From a virus (lineage: Duplodnaviria > Caudoviricetes), in the IMG/VR virus record IMGVR_UViG_3300011116_000486, positions 1 through 41,192 of that record: a DNA stretch of 41,192 nucleotides; one strand, given 5' to 3'. Of this stretch, positions 8,427-18,500 are shown one piece after another. The notes beneath the pieces are model-generated. The model was given only the letters and a program-made list of their open reading frames with translations, was not told the DNA's origin and searched no databases. The position numbers were made by a program, and so were the translations under genes. Positions within the stretch are counted from its first letter, which is position 1; each line of letters starts with the position of its first letter.

Positions 8427-9532
8427 TGAAAGCAACAATCTTGATTGGTGACGTTCGCAAGCGACTGTCAGAAATTGCAGATGGCAGCGTCCGCACCTGC
8501 ATCACGAGTCCGCCTTACTTTGGACTTCGTGACTACGGCACAGCATCTTGGGAAGGTGGTGTAGATGACTGCGACCACATCGCTCCCCCAACTGGCGGCC
8601 CATCGTCCAAGGGTCAGCGAGGCAAGTTCTCGGCAGATGGCCAATACAAGAACACCTGCCGTAAGTGTGGGGCAACTCGTATTGACAGCCAGATTGGTTT
8701 GGAACAAACCCCTGATGAATACGTTGCTAATCTCGTGGCCGTGTTCCGTGAAGTGCGCCGAGTGCTTGCCGACGATGGGACATTGTGGCTCAACCTTGGC
8801 GACAGTTATTTCGCCAAGCCGAAGTCAAATTATGATGGAAAGTCGCCCGGCTTGCAATCTAAAAACTATGGGACAGGCGATACTACTCTCGGTTACAAGC
8901 AACAGGCAGATAAGTTCAAGTCTTTGATGGCACAGGGTTACAAGAACAAAGACCTAATCGGTATCCCTTGGCGAGTGGCCTTCGCACTTCAACAAGATGG
9001 CTGGTATCTTCGTCAAGACATTATCTGGCACAAGCCAAACCCAATGCCGGAGCCTGCCAAAGACAGGTGCGTAAAATCACACGAGTACGTCTTTCTGCTT
9101 TCCAAATCACCACGCTACTTCTTCGACTATGAGGCCATCAAGGAACGTGGCGCAATGGTCGTTGGTGATAGCGCCGGTTCATCGCAGCGAGACACACGAG
9201 AAACGCATGGCAACGATAGCGCCGAGAAAGGTTACAACACTCGCAACCGCCGTGACGTTTGGACAATAAACACCAAACCATTCAAGGGCGCTCACTTCGC
9301 AGTGATGCCTGAGGCGCTGGTGGAACCGTGTGTGTTAGCAGGAAGCGAAGAAGGTGACCTTGTGCTTGACCCATTCACCGGCTCAGGCACAGTCGGTGTT
9401 GTCGCATTACGTCATGGCCGTAACTTCATCGGTACTGAACTGAATCTTGAGTATGCAGAGATTGCGCAAGACAGGATTACCGACGTCGCACCGATGTTCA
9501 ACGAAGTGGAAGTAGATCACGGTGCCGACTAA
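8426..9532 (+). CDS. N4-cytosine/N6-adenine DNA methyltransferase (beta class)
   Basis: TSPPY catalytic motif, WHKPNPMPE, HFA.MP, VLDPFTGSGT. Confidence 0.95.
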   Translation: MKATILIGDVRKRLSEIADGSVRTCITSPPYFGLRDYGTASWEGGVDDCDHIAPPTGGPSSKGQRGKFSADGQYKNTCRKCGATRIDSQIGLEQTPDEYVANLVAVFREVRRVLADDGTLWLNLGDSYFAKPKSNYDGKSPGLQSKNYGTGDTTLGYKQQADKFKSLMAQGYKNKDLIGIPWRVAFALQQDGWYLRQDIIWHKPNPMPEPAKDRCVKSHEYVFLLSKSPRYFFDYEAIKERGAMVVGDSAGSSQRDTRETHGNDSAEKGYNTRNRRDVWTINTKPFKGAHFAVMPEALVEPCVLAGSEEGDLVLDPFTGSGTVGVVALRHGRNFIGTELNLEYAEIAQDRITDVAPMFNEVEVDHGAD

Positions 9533-9731
9533 CTGCAGCAAGAGCACTCACCCGAAAGACAAGCCATGGTCGGCTCGTGTGACCGTGAGAGGCACGAAGT
9601 ACTTTCTCGGACACTTCGCTACTAGCGACGAAGCCGAGTGGCATGAGCAAGAGTTCCGCATCACCATGACCGGATATGCACTCAACGCATCGCAGTGGGA
9701 TTCTGACAAGGTGCAGCCATGGCAGACGTGA
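9522..9731 (+). CDS. stand-alone AP2-domain DNA-binding protein
   Basis: W.ARVTV.G..YFLG.FAT..EA pattern. Confidence 0.65.
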   Translation: MPTNCSKSTHPKDKPWSARVTVRGTKYFLGHFATSDEAEWHEQEFRITMTGYALNASQWDSDKVQPWQT

Positions 9732-10357
9732 ACACGATTGAGTCATTGCAATCAACCGGACTCGTCACGACGTTGTACCCATGGGAACAGGAACTTGCCG
9801 AGCGTGTCGGCACTGGTCGCACAAGCGAGAACGAAGGCAAAGGCGACCGGCTGTCCTACGACCCTGCCCGGCTCATGGCGGACAACTTGCTGGCCAACGT
9901 TCATGCGGCATCGGCGGAGATCGGCGTGGCACGCATCATCGGTGCCTACTGCTACGCAGGTGTGTGGCCACAGAACATGCACGACGAATACGCAGACGTG
10001 TTGCCGGACGTCATGTGGTGCAAGACGGAAGTTGAAGTGAAGTGGCGTCGCAGTGGTGGTGTCATGCCAGTGGACTTGAAAGACGTGCTGCGCAACCGAC
10101 TGGTGTTGTGGGCGGAGTGCAAGTTGGCACAGACCTACGAGTGCATCTGCAATGCGTGTGCCGAGCCGCTCTACCCGGAGACTCGTGTTCGCCTGATCGG
10201 TGGTGGCTACGCAGCCGACCTGTGGTCACAAGGCAAGCCGTACAAGCCGGGCGACACGCAACGTGTTGGCGTGCCAGCGAGCGCACTAATGACCGCACCG
10301 GAGATTCTGACGTTGCAGGTTGGAACGGAAAGCACAAAGTCCCGGCCACATGAGTAG
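9719..10357 (+). CDS. hypothetical protein, possible PD-(D/E)XK fold
   Basis: AE...A, LPDV...VEVK. Confidence 0.65.
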   Translation: MADVNTIESLQSTGLVTTLYPWEQELAERVGTGRTSENEGKGDRLSYDPARLMADNLLANVHAASAEIGVARIIGAYCYAGVWPQNMHDEYADVLPDVMWCKTEVEVKWRRSGGVMPVDLKDVLRNRLVLWAECKLAQTYECICNACAEPLYPETRVRLIGGGYAADLWSQGKPYKPGDTQRVGVPASALMTAPEILTLQVGTESTKSRPHE

Positions 10358-10400
10358 CCGAGACTTTGTGCTTGCAGCGTTGGCTAATTCGCCACGGATA

Positions 10401-10712
10401 CTACTTGGCTTCCTTCCAGTCCCATCGAAATGACGCATCGCCAGTGACCTTGGCGAGACGAGCGGAGAGTTCAATCCAGATTCCGGTCGTGAAGCCACGG
10501 TCAACTTGCCGGTCGGCCTGTAGAGCGATTGCCTCGGCCACGGAACCTTGCTCGTGTTCGTTCCATGAGAAAGTCGCATCAGAGACGGCAGACCGAGCGA
10601 AGCGAAGTTGCTCGGCTCCAGAACGCTGCGAGTCAATCAACTTGCGCAGCGCCGCAGCCTCGCCGATGGTGATCGCCACGGAAATCATGTTGGTTGTTTG
10701 GCTGCTCATCAC
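10401..10712 (-). CDS. hypothetical protein (antisense cassette 1)
   Basis: GGGAG SD, GTGA overlap. Confidence 0.7.
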   Translation of the reverse strand: MMSSQTTNMISVAITIGEAAALRKLIDSQRSGAEQLRFARSAVSDATFSWNEHEQGSVAEAIALQADRQVDRGFTTGIWIELSARLAKVTGDASFRWDWKEAK

Positions 10713-11272
10713 TTCGCTCCCTTCTTGTGGTGCCACTCGGTCGGTGCAGTTGGGAAGCACACAGTGCAAAGGTGAGCGCCGTGGGCGGCAACAGCGTCGG
10801 CTTCGGTCAGGCCGCTCAACTCAGGCAGCCACGTGAACACGGTGGCGCTGCGACCCTTGTTGCAAGATGAGCAAGACATGCTGCGGTGGATGTGTCCAGC
10901 GTTCACGAGGAAGAAACGACTCCAACCTTCGTAGTCGGCTTCGGCTGCAAGGTAGGCGTCACGTGCTGCCGACATGGCGGCCTGCACGTTGGTCGCACGG
11001 TCAATCTCATCGTCGTCCAAGTAGGGCACCAAGACTGGGAAGGTCGCACGAACACACTTGTTGTCAATCCACAAGTGCGTGCGGTAGTCAGACCTTGAGT
11101 TCGTGCGCTGGACGGTCTTGCGAGCGTTCCAAGCGGCTGCGCACATGAGCGACTCAAGCGTGCTCTGCGCCTTGGCGTTTGCTTCGATCATCGTGCGGTA
11201 CGTCTCGGCAATCTTGGTGTCAACTTCAACTGCGTGCTGGTTGGTGGTCATGTTGTCTCCTTGGTTCGTCAT
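10709..11272 (-). CDS. actinophage-type Zn-binding hypothetical protein (cassette 1; leaderless ATG 11272 or SD-led ATG 11251)
   Basis: HIH.SM.CxxC...WLPELSG..E...V...G..LCTVCFP.AP. Confidence 0.8.
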   Translation of the reverse strand: MTNQGDNMTTNQHAVEVDTKIAETYRTMIEANAKAQSTLESLMCAAAWNARKTVQRTNSRSDYRTHLWIDNKCVRATFPVLVPYLDDDEIDRATNVQAAMSAARDAYLAAEADYEGWSRFFLVNAGHIHRSMSCSSCNKGRSATVFTWLPELSGLTEADAVAAHGAHLCTVCFPTAPTEWHHKKGAK

Positions 11273-11278
11273 GTATCT

Positions 11279-11308
11279 ATTATGCACACGTGTGAACTTA
11301 GTTGTCAA
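11279..11308 (-). promoter_or_regulatory. leaderless promoter with operator-like element (cassette 1)
   Basis: TTGACA-ACTAAGTTCAC..(N18)-CATAAT-N6-ATG. Confidence 0.85.
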
Positions 11309-11317
11309 GCCATTGCA

Positions 11318-11346
11318 TTGACCATCAAATGACACACGTGTAACTT
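11318..11346 (+). promoter_or_regulatory. rightward promoter back-to-back with cassette 1 promoter
   Basis: TTGACC-N17-TAACTT. Confidence 0.5.
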
Positions 11347-11386
11347 GACTGTCCATGAGACGACAACCAGTTCACGTCATGGCACC

Positions 11387-11608
11387 ATGACTATGAGTGA
11401 ACTGCGCCGTCTGTGCAGGTTGTGTCTTGCCGAATCTGCAGCCGACGATGAACTCGCCTGTCCTGAGTGTCTGCTATCGCACAACGCTCGCAAGGGCACG
11501 GTCGCAACAGAGATGACGAAGCGCAACGCCGTATCATGGTGGGGTCCGACTACGGACAACACCAACCCTGAGGACTTAGAGATCGGTTACTCTGTTGACG
11601 AGGCGTAG
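11387..11608 (+). CDS. small Zn-finger hypothetical protein
   Basis: CRLC...CPEC; start uncertain. Confidence 0.55.
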   Translation: MTMSELRRLCRLCLAESAADDELACPECLLSHNARKGTVATEMTKRNAVSWWGPTTDNTNPEDLEIGYSVDEA

Positions 11609-11639
11609 CAATGACGCCGCCACTACGAGCAAGGACACC

Positions 11640-12416
11640 ATGAGCGAGCGCACGCCAACCAAAGCGGAAATCGAAGCAAGCGTTCGCAAGACGACCGCCG
11701 AAGCAGACGCAGCCGAAGCAGGTGCCGAACAAGCACGTGCATCGGCACGTGAACACGACGCAAGAGTTGCCACCGAGAAACTCAACGCACAACACTTGAA
11801 GCATCTGATTGAACAGGCACGTGTCGAAACCGAACTTGCCAAGATCACGCTGGACAAGTGCAAGCGAGAAGAACGCTTCGCCAAGGTCAGTGACTTGTAC
11901 CACAAGTCCTACAACTTCGATGGTGACGTGACTGAGCGAGCCGTCAAATCCTGCATGAGCACACTTGCTGCATGGAATCGTGATGAGCCGGGCTGCAGCA
12001 TCACCATCTACCTGAACTCACCCGGTGGCGACATTGTGGCTGGCTTCGCACTGATTGACTTCATCGTTGACCTACGCAGGCAAGGACACCACGTGCGCAC
12101 GGTCGCACTCGGCATGGCCGCTTCCATGAGCGCAGTCATCTTGCAGGCCGGTGACGAGCGCATCATGGGAAGCAATGCCATCTTGCTCATTCACGAAGGC
12201 AGTCTCGGCGCAATAGGTTCGTTCGGTGAAGTTGAAGATCGTGTGCGACTCATGGAGAAGTTGCACGCTCGCATCTTCCACCTGTTCGCACATCGTGCAC
12301 AGCCAATCAACGCAAAGACCACCGTGGCGTATCTCAAGAAGCAAGCCAAGCGCACTGACTGGTGGCTTGACAGCAACGAAGCACTAGAACTGGGGATTGT
12401 TGATGCCGTCTTGTAA
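11640..12416 (+). CDS. clpP: ClpP-family serine protease with N-terminal coiled coil
   Basis: IYLNSPGG, GMAASM (Ser), LIHE (His), DWWL...EALELGIVD; AAGGA SD. Confidence 0.9.
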   Translation: MSERTPTKAEIEASVRKTTAEADAAEAGAEQARASAREHDARVATEKLNAQHLKHLIEQARVETELAKITLDKCKREERFAKVSDLYHKSYNFDGDVTERAVKSCMSTLAAWNRDEPGCSITIYLNSPGGDIVAGFALIDFIVDLRRQGHHVRTVALGMAASMSAVILQAGDERIMGSNAILLIHEGSLGAIGSFGEVEDRVRLMEKLHARIFHLFAHRAQPINAKTTVAYLKKQAKRTDWWLDSNEALELGIVDAVL

Positions 12417-12438
12417 TGGAAAACTTGACCAGAAACAC

Positions 12439-12597
12439 ATGTTCAACAACTACGACGAGGACGAGGACGACCCAATGCTCGCCGGATTCCTTGACGCCAT
12501 CATCTCGGCAGAGGACGCAGCCGAACAACTCGTGCAGCCGTACGAGAAGGCACTGGCATGGGCGGCGATTGCAGCGGCATACGCAGCAACGATGTAG
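12439..12597 (+). CDS. small acidic hypothetical protein
   Basis: MFNNYDEDEDDPMLAGFLDAII...; codon style like neighbours; weak SD. Confidence 0.45.
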   Translation: MFNNYDEDEDDPMLAGFLDAIISAEDAAEQLVQPYEKALAWAAIAAAYAATM

Positions 12598-12640
12598 CCG
12601 GTATCAAATCTGAGAACACGACTGAGGCAAAGAGGAACTC

Positions 12641-13150
12641 GTGAAGAAGGTTGACGCACTCAAGGTGGAGACGGTCAAGTTGACCGACCTGCACCTACAC
12701 CCACACAACGCTCGTCAAGGTGACGTTGGTGAGATTATCCAGAGCCTTGAAGCACACGGTCAATACAGGGCGCTGGTCGTGCAGAAGTCCACGATGTACG
12801 TCATTGCAGGCAACCACACGCTCATGGCAGCAAGTGCACTTGGTTGGAAAACTGTTCAGGTCACGATTCTTGATGTGGACGATGACCAAGCACTTCGCAT
12901 CTTGCTCGTGGACAACCGAGCAAATGACCTTGCGACGTACGACAACACCGTGTTGACAGACGTGCTTGAAGCACTCGCACGCAGTGACTTTGGACTAATA
13001 GGTTCCGGGTTCGATGGTAGTGACCTTGACGCCATGATCGCAGACGAGGAAATCCGCAATCACGCAGAGTTTCTGCCAGATGACACGGACACGGCTAGGG
13101 CGATTACCTGTCCTGAATGTGGTCACTCATGGCAGAACCCAAAGCGATGA
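12641..13150 (+). CDS. ParB/Sulfiredoxin N-terminal domain protein with C-terminal Zn ribbon
   Basis: L..HPHNAR, G..R.LVV, VIAGNH...AA..LGW, DNR; CPECG; precedes terminase. Confidence 0.85.
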   Translation: MKKVDALKVETVKLTDLHLHPHNARQGDVGEIIQSLEAHGQYRALVVQKSTMYVIAGNHTLMAASALGWKTVQVTILDVDDDQALRILLVDNRANDLATYDNTVLTDVLEALARSDFGLIGSGFDGSDLDAMIADEEIRNHAEFLPDDTDTARAITCPECGHSWQNPKR

Positions 13151-13174
13151 CATACACGGACTAGGTTTGACCCT

Positions 13175-13813
13175 ATGACCGATTTGACGAGAGCAATAGG
13201 CGTACATTCACCGGCAAGTGGTGAGTACATGCGCACGCCTGAGCAAATGGCCAAAGACCAGCGTGCTGCAGACCTACGTTCACTCGGCTACACGTACCTG
13301 CAGATTGGCGAGGCACTCGGCATTACCAAGCAGGCAGCACACGTCGCCGTACAGCGTGCCATTCGGGACATTCCAACCGAAGGTGCACACGAGACTCGCC
13401 AGATGGAACTGGCCAAACTTGACCGGCTTGAGCGTTACTACCACACCGTGCTCAGTGGCACGCACTTCAAGGTAGGCAACACCGGCAAGATTGTCCTTGA
13501 CGATGCCGGTGCACCTGTCCTTGATGAAGGTCCACGCATGGATGCTGCCAATGGCATCTTGAAGGTACAAGCGCAACGTGCCCGGCTGCTCGGACTCAAT
13601 GCGCCTACGGTGACACACAGCGAACTGGTCGTCTACGATGTTGACCGTGACAGTGCAGCAATCATTGAAGCACAGGCACAAGCACTGAAAGCGATTGGGC
13701 TAGATGACGACACAGTTGACGAGTTCAACCGGGTATTCGTCGCCGCTCTTGGAAGCGGTGGCCAACAAGTTATTGACGCCAAGTGGTCCGACACGACGGT
13801 GGTGGTGTCCTGA
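13175..13813 (+). CDS. terS: terminase small subunit (HTH)
   Basis: A.DLR..G.TY.QI...LGI HTH; EL.KLD.L; RARLLGL.AP; position. Confidence 0.75.
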   Translation: MTDLTRAIGVHSPASGEYMRTPEQMAKDQRAADLRSLGYTYLQIGEALGITKQAAHVAVQRAIRDIPTEGAHETRQMELAKLDRLERYYHTVLSGTHFKVGNTGKIVLDDAGAPVLDEGPRMDAANGILKVQAQRARLLGLNAPTVTHSELVVYDVDRDSAAIIEAQAQALKAIGLDDDTVDEFNRVFVAALGSGGQQVIDAKWSDTTVVVS

Positions 13814-14597
13814 CCTACTCTGTGACGGCGAGCCTCATGGCGGTGGATTCCATTGGTGTGAGCACCCACTAGAGGGGCCACACACATTTGCCTGCAGACA
13901 CGCCCGGCCATCGCAACGACCGCCTGATGGCGATTGGTTGGTGTGGTTGTTCTCCGGTGGTCGTGGAACTGGCAAGACAAGGGCAGGTGCAGAGTGGGTA
14001 CTTGACCAAGTATGGAACCAAGGCAAGAAGCGCATCGCCCTGATTGCACGTACACCAGCCGATGCTCGTGACGTGATGATCTATGGAGACTCGGGCATCA
14101 TGGCCGTCTCTGACCCCCACGAACGACCAATGCACGAACCAACGAAGCGCCGACTCATCTTCCCAAATGGTGCACAGTGCTTCACGTACTCGGCTGCAGC
14201 ACCAGCGCAGTTGCGTGGTCCACAGCACGATGCAGCGTGGTGCGATGAGACTGCAGCGTGGTTTGACGCTCGCAAGGGTGACGTGCTTGACACGTCTTGG
14301 AACAACCTGATGCTTGGACTTCGACTTGGTGAGAATCCGCAATGCTTCGTGACGACCACGCCCAAGCGTGTGCGACTCATCAGGGAAATGATGGAGCGCA
14401 GTTCAACAGTTGTGACGACCGACACGACCTACGCCAATCTCAAGAACTTGGCGGCATCGTTCAAGGAACAGGTCGTTTCAGCGTACGAAGGCACACGCAT
14501 TGGACGACAAGAGTTGATGGGCGAGTTGCTCACCGACGTTGACGGCGCATTGTGGACATTAGAAGGAATTGACAGTTTGCGAGTGGAGTTGTCCTAG
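13704..14597 (+). CDS. terL: terminase large subunit, ATPase domain
   Basis: Q..P...W..W, Walker A GRGTGKT, LRGPQ, Walker B WCDE, TTTPK, GRQEL; start uncertain. Confidence 0.9.
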   Translation: MTTQLTSSTGYSSPLLEAVANKLLTPSGPTRRWWCPDLLCDGEPHGGGFHWCEHPLEGPHTFACRHARPSQRPPDGDWLVWLFSGGRGTGKTRAGAEWVLDQVWNQGKKRIALIARTPADARDVMIYGDSGIMAVSDPHERPMHEPTKRRLIFPNGAQCFTYSAAAPAQLRGPQHDAAWCDETAAWFDARKGDVLDTSWNNLMLGLRLGENPQCFVTTTPKRVRLIREMMERSSTVVTTDTTYANLKNLAASFKEQVVSAYEGTRIGRQELMGELLTDVDGALWTLEGIDSLRVELS

Positions 14598-15409
14598 TGA
14601 ATGTTTCACTGAATCACATGCGGCGCATCGTGGTGGCAGTTGACCCTGCAACGACGAGCGGCGACAACTCTGACGAGACTGGCATCATCGTCGTGGCTCA
14701 AGGTCCGCACATCTTGTTGCCAGATGCAGCCGTGACGTGCAAGGTGGCCAACTGCACGAAGCACGCCTACGTGCTTGACGACGTGAGTGGCAAGTACACG
14801 ACCGATACATGGGCACGTGTCGTCACCGATGCGTTCAACAAGTGGAAGGCCGACCGCATCATTGCAGAAGGCAACCAAGGTGGCGAGATGGTCGAAGCCG
14901 TCATTCGCACAGTGTTCCCGAGCGCACCAATCAAGCGAGTTCACGCACGGCAAGGCAAGCGCACACGTGCCGAACCTGTCGCAGCGTTATACGAGCAAGG
15001 GCGTGTGCACCACGTTGGTGCGTTTCCTCAGTTGGAAGATCAACTGACGTCATGGACAACGGACAGTGGCGAGAGTCCTGACCGTCTTGACGCACTCGTG
15101 TGGGGCATTGTCGAACTCGGCCTGACCAACTTCGGCAGTGGCGGCAAGGACTGGCTTGAGTCAATGGCGCCACCATGCAACCTGTGTGGTCAGCCAAATC
15201 CTGTCGGCTCTGAACGATGCAGCAAGTGCGGCGAACTCATCGAACGTAGCGAGGCACCAGAGACACACGTAGACCCGAACGAGCCATTTAGTCTAACGTC
15301 GGGACTCAATGCCGCACCTGTGCAGGTCGTAGACCCAAATCAAGCCGTCATGGATGCCATCAGGCAGTTCGGTCCACAGCAATACAACCCATTCCAACGT
15401 AGGTGGTAG
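14597..15409 (+). CDS. terminase large subunit, RNase H-like nuclease domain (separate gene) with C-terminal double Zn ribbon
   Basis: IVVAVDPA, DETGI, E.NQGG, K..RAEP, SPDRLDALVW; GGAG SD; TAGTG overlap. Confidence 0.9.
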   Translation: MNVSLNHMRRIVVAVDPATTSGDNSDETGIIVVAQGPHILLPDAAVTCKVANCTKHAYVLDDVSGKYTTDTWARVVTDAFNKWKADRIIAEGNQGGEMVEAVIRTVFPSAPIKRVHARQGKRTRAEPVAALYEQGRVHHVGAFPQLEDQLTSWTTDSGESPDRLDALVWGIVELGLTNFGSGGKDWLESMAPPCNLCGQPNPVGSERCSKCGELIERSEAPETHVDPNEPFSLTSGLNAAPVQVVDPNQAVMDAIRQFGPQQYNPFQRRW

Positions 15410-15413
15410 CGCA

Positions 15414-15533
15414 ATGATTGAGTGCGAGATGTGTAGCCACGCCTACAATCCGGTTGCAACACGCTGGCGTTGTCCTGTATGCGGTTTCAAGTCATCGTGT
15501 TGTGAGGGCGAGCCTTGCAACGTGAGTCGCTAG
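15414..15533 (+). CDS. 39-aa Cys-rich Zn-finger protein (not in ORF track)
   Basis: MIECEMCSHAYNPVATRWRCPVCGFKSSCCEGEPC; AGGTGG SD. Confidence 0.65.
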   Translation: MIECEMCSHAYNPVATRWRCPVCGFKSSCCEGEPCNVSR

Positions 15534-15556
15534 TCCACCTTTAGGGGGAAATACTT

Positions 15557-18500
15557 ATGGCCGTTCCCATCATCGGCAAGCGTCGTGATCGCAAACAAGC
15601 AGAGTTGCAGGCAGCCATTGAGGCTGGCGTGGAGAAGGCTATGTCGCCTGCCATCGCACAAGCCGCTGCACAGACTCAAGCATCTGGCGGAGCGACCTAC
15701 CCGGTGTTGCGTGAGACACGCAATCCGTCAAGTCCATTTGACCAGAGTGGCGGCTACGGCGATGCGTTCAATCCGTTGCCACGTGGCGAACAGAACTTCA
15801 ACTCATTGTTCGGGCCGGGCTATCCGCTCATCCCTGACCCACTTGACCAACTCGGTCCCGAAGGTCGTGCGCTTCCTCGTCGTACGCAGTACTTGGTCGC
15901 AGCCAACCTTCAACTTGTTGACCGACGTGTGCCGTGGTCAGTGCTCAAAGGTTTGGCCGATGACGTTGACGTAGTGCAACGCTGTATCCAGATCACGCAA
16001 GATGCGATGGTCGGACTGCAATGGTCTTGGGGCTTCTCTCCAACGATTCTGCAACAGATCATGGCGGAGACTGGCGAGACGAACAGCGCCAAAGCCAACG
16101 CCTACGCACGTGAGAAGTACGGCGATGAACTACAGCGTGTGCAGGAGTTCTTCGCATACCCTGACCGGCGCATGGGATTCACGTTCTCGCAGTGGCTCAC
16201 CGACATTATCTACTCGCACCTTGTCTACGACGGCATCGTGGTGTATCCGCAGTACAACCTTGGTGGCGAACTTGAGTCGCTCACGACGATTGACACGAGC
16301 ACCATCAAGATTCTGTTGGACAACCAAGGCTTCATTCCTCGCCCACCTGCACCGGCCTACCAGCAAATCTTGTACGGCTTCCCACGTGGCGAGTACGTCG
16401 CAGAGGACATGGACGCAGACGGCAAGGTGCCAAAGGGCTACCGCAGTGACCAGTTGGCCTACTACATTCGCAGGCCGCACCCATCGTCTATCTACGGCTA
16501 CAGCCAAGTGGAAGAATGTGTGAACATCGCCACGCTCTACATGCAGCGCCAAGCGTGGATGCACAGTGAGTACACACACGGTGCCACGCCACGCATGTTC
16601 ATTGAGACGTCGCAGACTGAATCGTGGACGCCTGAACAACTCGCCTACTACGAACAGATCATGAACGACCGACTGTCTGGTCAGACGCAACGTCGTCAAC
16701 AAGCGTTCATGCTTCGTCCCGGTATGACTGCCAAAGAAATGCGGCAGATGGATGAGATGTACAAGAACACGTACGACGAATGGCTCATCACGCAGATCGC
16801 ATCGAAGTTCGGTATCCCTGCAACGCAACTCGGTGTCAAGGCCGCAGCGCAGATGGGCGGTGGCAACTCCACGCTCAAGGGTCAGGCAGATGCGACTGAG
16901 ATGTTCGCTACTGACGCACTACGGAACTTTCTCGTGGACTGCATCAACGACATGGCACGTCGGTTCTTGGGCGTCGGTCCGGAACTGACCATGACCGTCA
17001 CAGGTGGTGGCGATGACTCTGACGCAGCCGCACGTGCATCATCGGACGCAAGCGACGTGGCTGCCGGTATTCGCACACGTAACGAAGTTCGTGCAGCACG
17101 TGGTATTCCGCTCGTTGACGAACCAGAGGCCGACCAACTCGGCATCACTGCCGGTGACGGCGTGAAGTTCTTGGCTGGTCAGTTCGCAGCGCAACAAAGT
17201 GCCGCAGCACAACCTGCACCGGGTGCACCTGCACCTGCCGAAGCACCACCAGCACCACCTGAAAAGAAGGAAGGCGACGATGGCAGCACTGGTACTGACG
17301 ATGGACGCAAGCCAGTTCCTAGCGGAGATGGAGAAGGTCAAGGCGACGCTGCAGGAAGCACTCAACCTGATGGACAAGATGAGCCAAGCAAGCCAGCCAA
17401 GCGAGAGCCAAAGCCAAACGTCAAGGCCAAGGACGACGTACGACAACCAGACACCGACGCTACAAAGGAACTCGCAGCCTTTGCCAAGTTCGCCAAGGCA
17501 CGTGCTCGCTCTGGACAGTGGCGAGACTTCAAGTTCAAGCACATCCCTGCAGCCGACGCAGCCCGACTGAACGAAGCCGGTCGCTCTGGCGACATGAACC
17601 TTGTGAAGTCTGCAATCGCAGCACCAATGTCAAGTGACCCAATCGCAGCCGGTCTTGTGTTGCGTGCTGCCGACACCGGACGTGTGTTACTCATCCAACG
17701 AAGCATGAAGGACACGAGCGTTGCTGCCGGTCAATGGGAGTATCCCGGTGGTCGTCTTGAAGTAGGCGAGACACCAGCCGAAGCGGCTGTACGTGAATGG
17801 GAAGAAGAAACCGGAGCGAAGTTGCCTGACGGCGAACTGATCACGCAATGGTTCTCACCTGACGGCACGTACACGGCCTACCTATGGGAAGTCGCCAATG
17901 AGGACACAGTGCCAGCCAACACGATTGGCGACGAAGGCGAGACGTGTGCATGGTGGTCAGTTGACGACATGCCCGGCAACCCTGCCTTGCGAGCGAAGGT
18001 GCTTGAAACGCCATGGCACGCAATGAGCATGACCAGCATGAAGGGCGAGCGCATCTTGCACTTAGCCGAAGTGAACCAGCACAAGTTCGCCAAGGCGAGC
18101 GGCAACCCTGACGCACTCATTGAGTGGTACAACGCAGGTGCCGATGGTGAGATTGACTGGGGCAGTGAAGGCGACTTCGATGCTTGCGTTGCCATCGCTG
18201 GCAAGTACATGGAGAACCCTGAGGGCTTTTGCAACCTACGTCACCAAGATGCAGTTGGCGGTCCACCCGGTAGTGAGGACGTCGGCAAGTCTGTCATCAA
18301 GGCAGTAGCCGACACCTACACGCCAGACGCAGCAACTCGTCGTGCAGCGAAGCGTGCACTTGAGTGGTTGGCCGATGACCTGCAAGGCGGTGGCTTCACT
18401 GACACCGGACGCAAGCGAGCAAGTGACCTTGCAGCCGGGCACGCTGTGTCACTTGACACGGTGAAGCGCATGAAGGCGTACTTCGACCGGCACCAACCTG

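Noticed and set aside
8426-10357. Restriction-modification pair (MTase plus 9719-10357)
   Set aside because: Nuclease motif too weak; orphan MTases are common in phage replication modules
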